Shown piece by piece: positions 63,629-64,000 of a stretch of DNA of 64,000 nucleotides. This DNA is from Somniosus microcephalus. Its lineage: Eukaryota. The first letter of the stretch is position 1. The number at the start of each line of letters is the position of its first letter. The position numbers were made by a program, and so were the translations under genes. The notes under the pieces were generated by a model. It saw only the letters and a program-made list of their open reading frames with translations. It was not told the DNA's origin and ran no database searches. The DNA lies in the NCBI GenBank assembly GCA_052327205.1, contig CM126215.1:62496001-62560000 (forward strand). Direction: 5' to 3'.

Positions 63629-64000
63629 AGATATGCACACCTCAAACACATATAAAGACACACACATACGTACATATGTACACACACCATGGAGAAACAC
63701 TACATGTACAAACACACACACATTACAAACATACCCACATCAAACACATTTGACAAAAATACACACATATAAACACACATCCCACAAATGCAATTCAAAC
63801 ATTCAACATTCACACCTCCCCACACACCCACCCTTTTTTCCCAAGACATACTCTTGAAAATGTAAAATAAAAAGAAACTGAAAGCCACCCTTCCAAACTG
63901 TGAACTTGTTTCATGCAACAGCTACTGTGATTGGCTCTCAAGGGAATTTATTTTTTAAGAGGGTTTACCATAATAAGCTCAAAGTCAGATTTAAAAGAGC

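Noticed and set aside
7355-64000. GAP43 exon 1 (MLCCMRRTKQ-like), and exon 3 in 1-6759
   Set aside because: No matching sequence found by eye. They probably lie outside the window, though a short diverged exon could be missed.

Overview
AT-rich, repeat-dense vertebrate DNA, most likely from a shark or other elasmobranch (inferred from HE1/V-SINE, SacSINE1-type DeuSINE and CR1/HER1-type LINE content). The only host coding sequence I can support is the large second exon of GAP43 (neuromodulin) on the minus strand (6760-7354), with an intact IQ motif and canonical splice sites. I did not find exons 1 or 3, so the rest is probably intron 2 (left) and a >56 kb intron 1 (right). The introns hold a tRNA-Lys(UUU) gene and many transposons. 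These include a CR1 LINE split by both a young hAT transposon (perfect 8-bp TSD, one frameshift in the transposase) and a young Gypsy LTR element (5-bp TSD, internal RT/RNase H deletion). There is also a Neptune-type Penelope-like element (PLE) nested in a pogo-like MITE, an RTE-X-like LINE nested in a DeuSINE, and Harbinger-like MITEs. The most unusual signals are tiny TSD-flanked PLE-derived inserts with hammerhead-ribozyme-like cores, a 159-bp near-perfect palindrome folded at such a core, and an unexplained inverted duplication enclosing about 3.8 kb. No clearly new biological system is demonstrated. Repeat family names come from recalled motifs, not database searches, and ends of degraded repeats are approximate.
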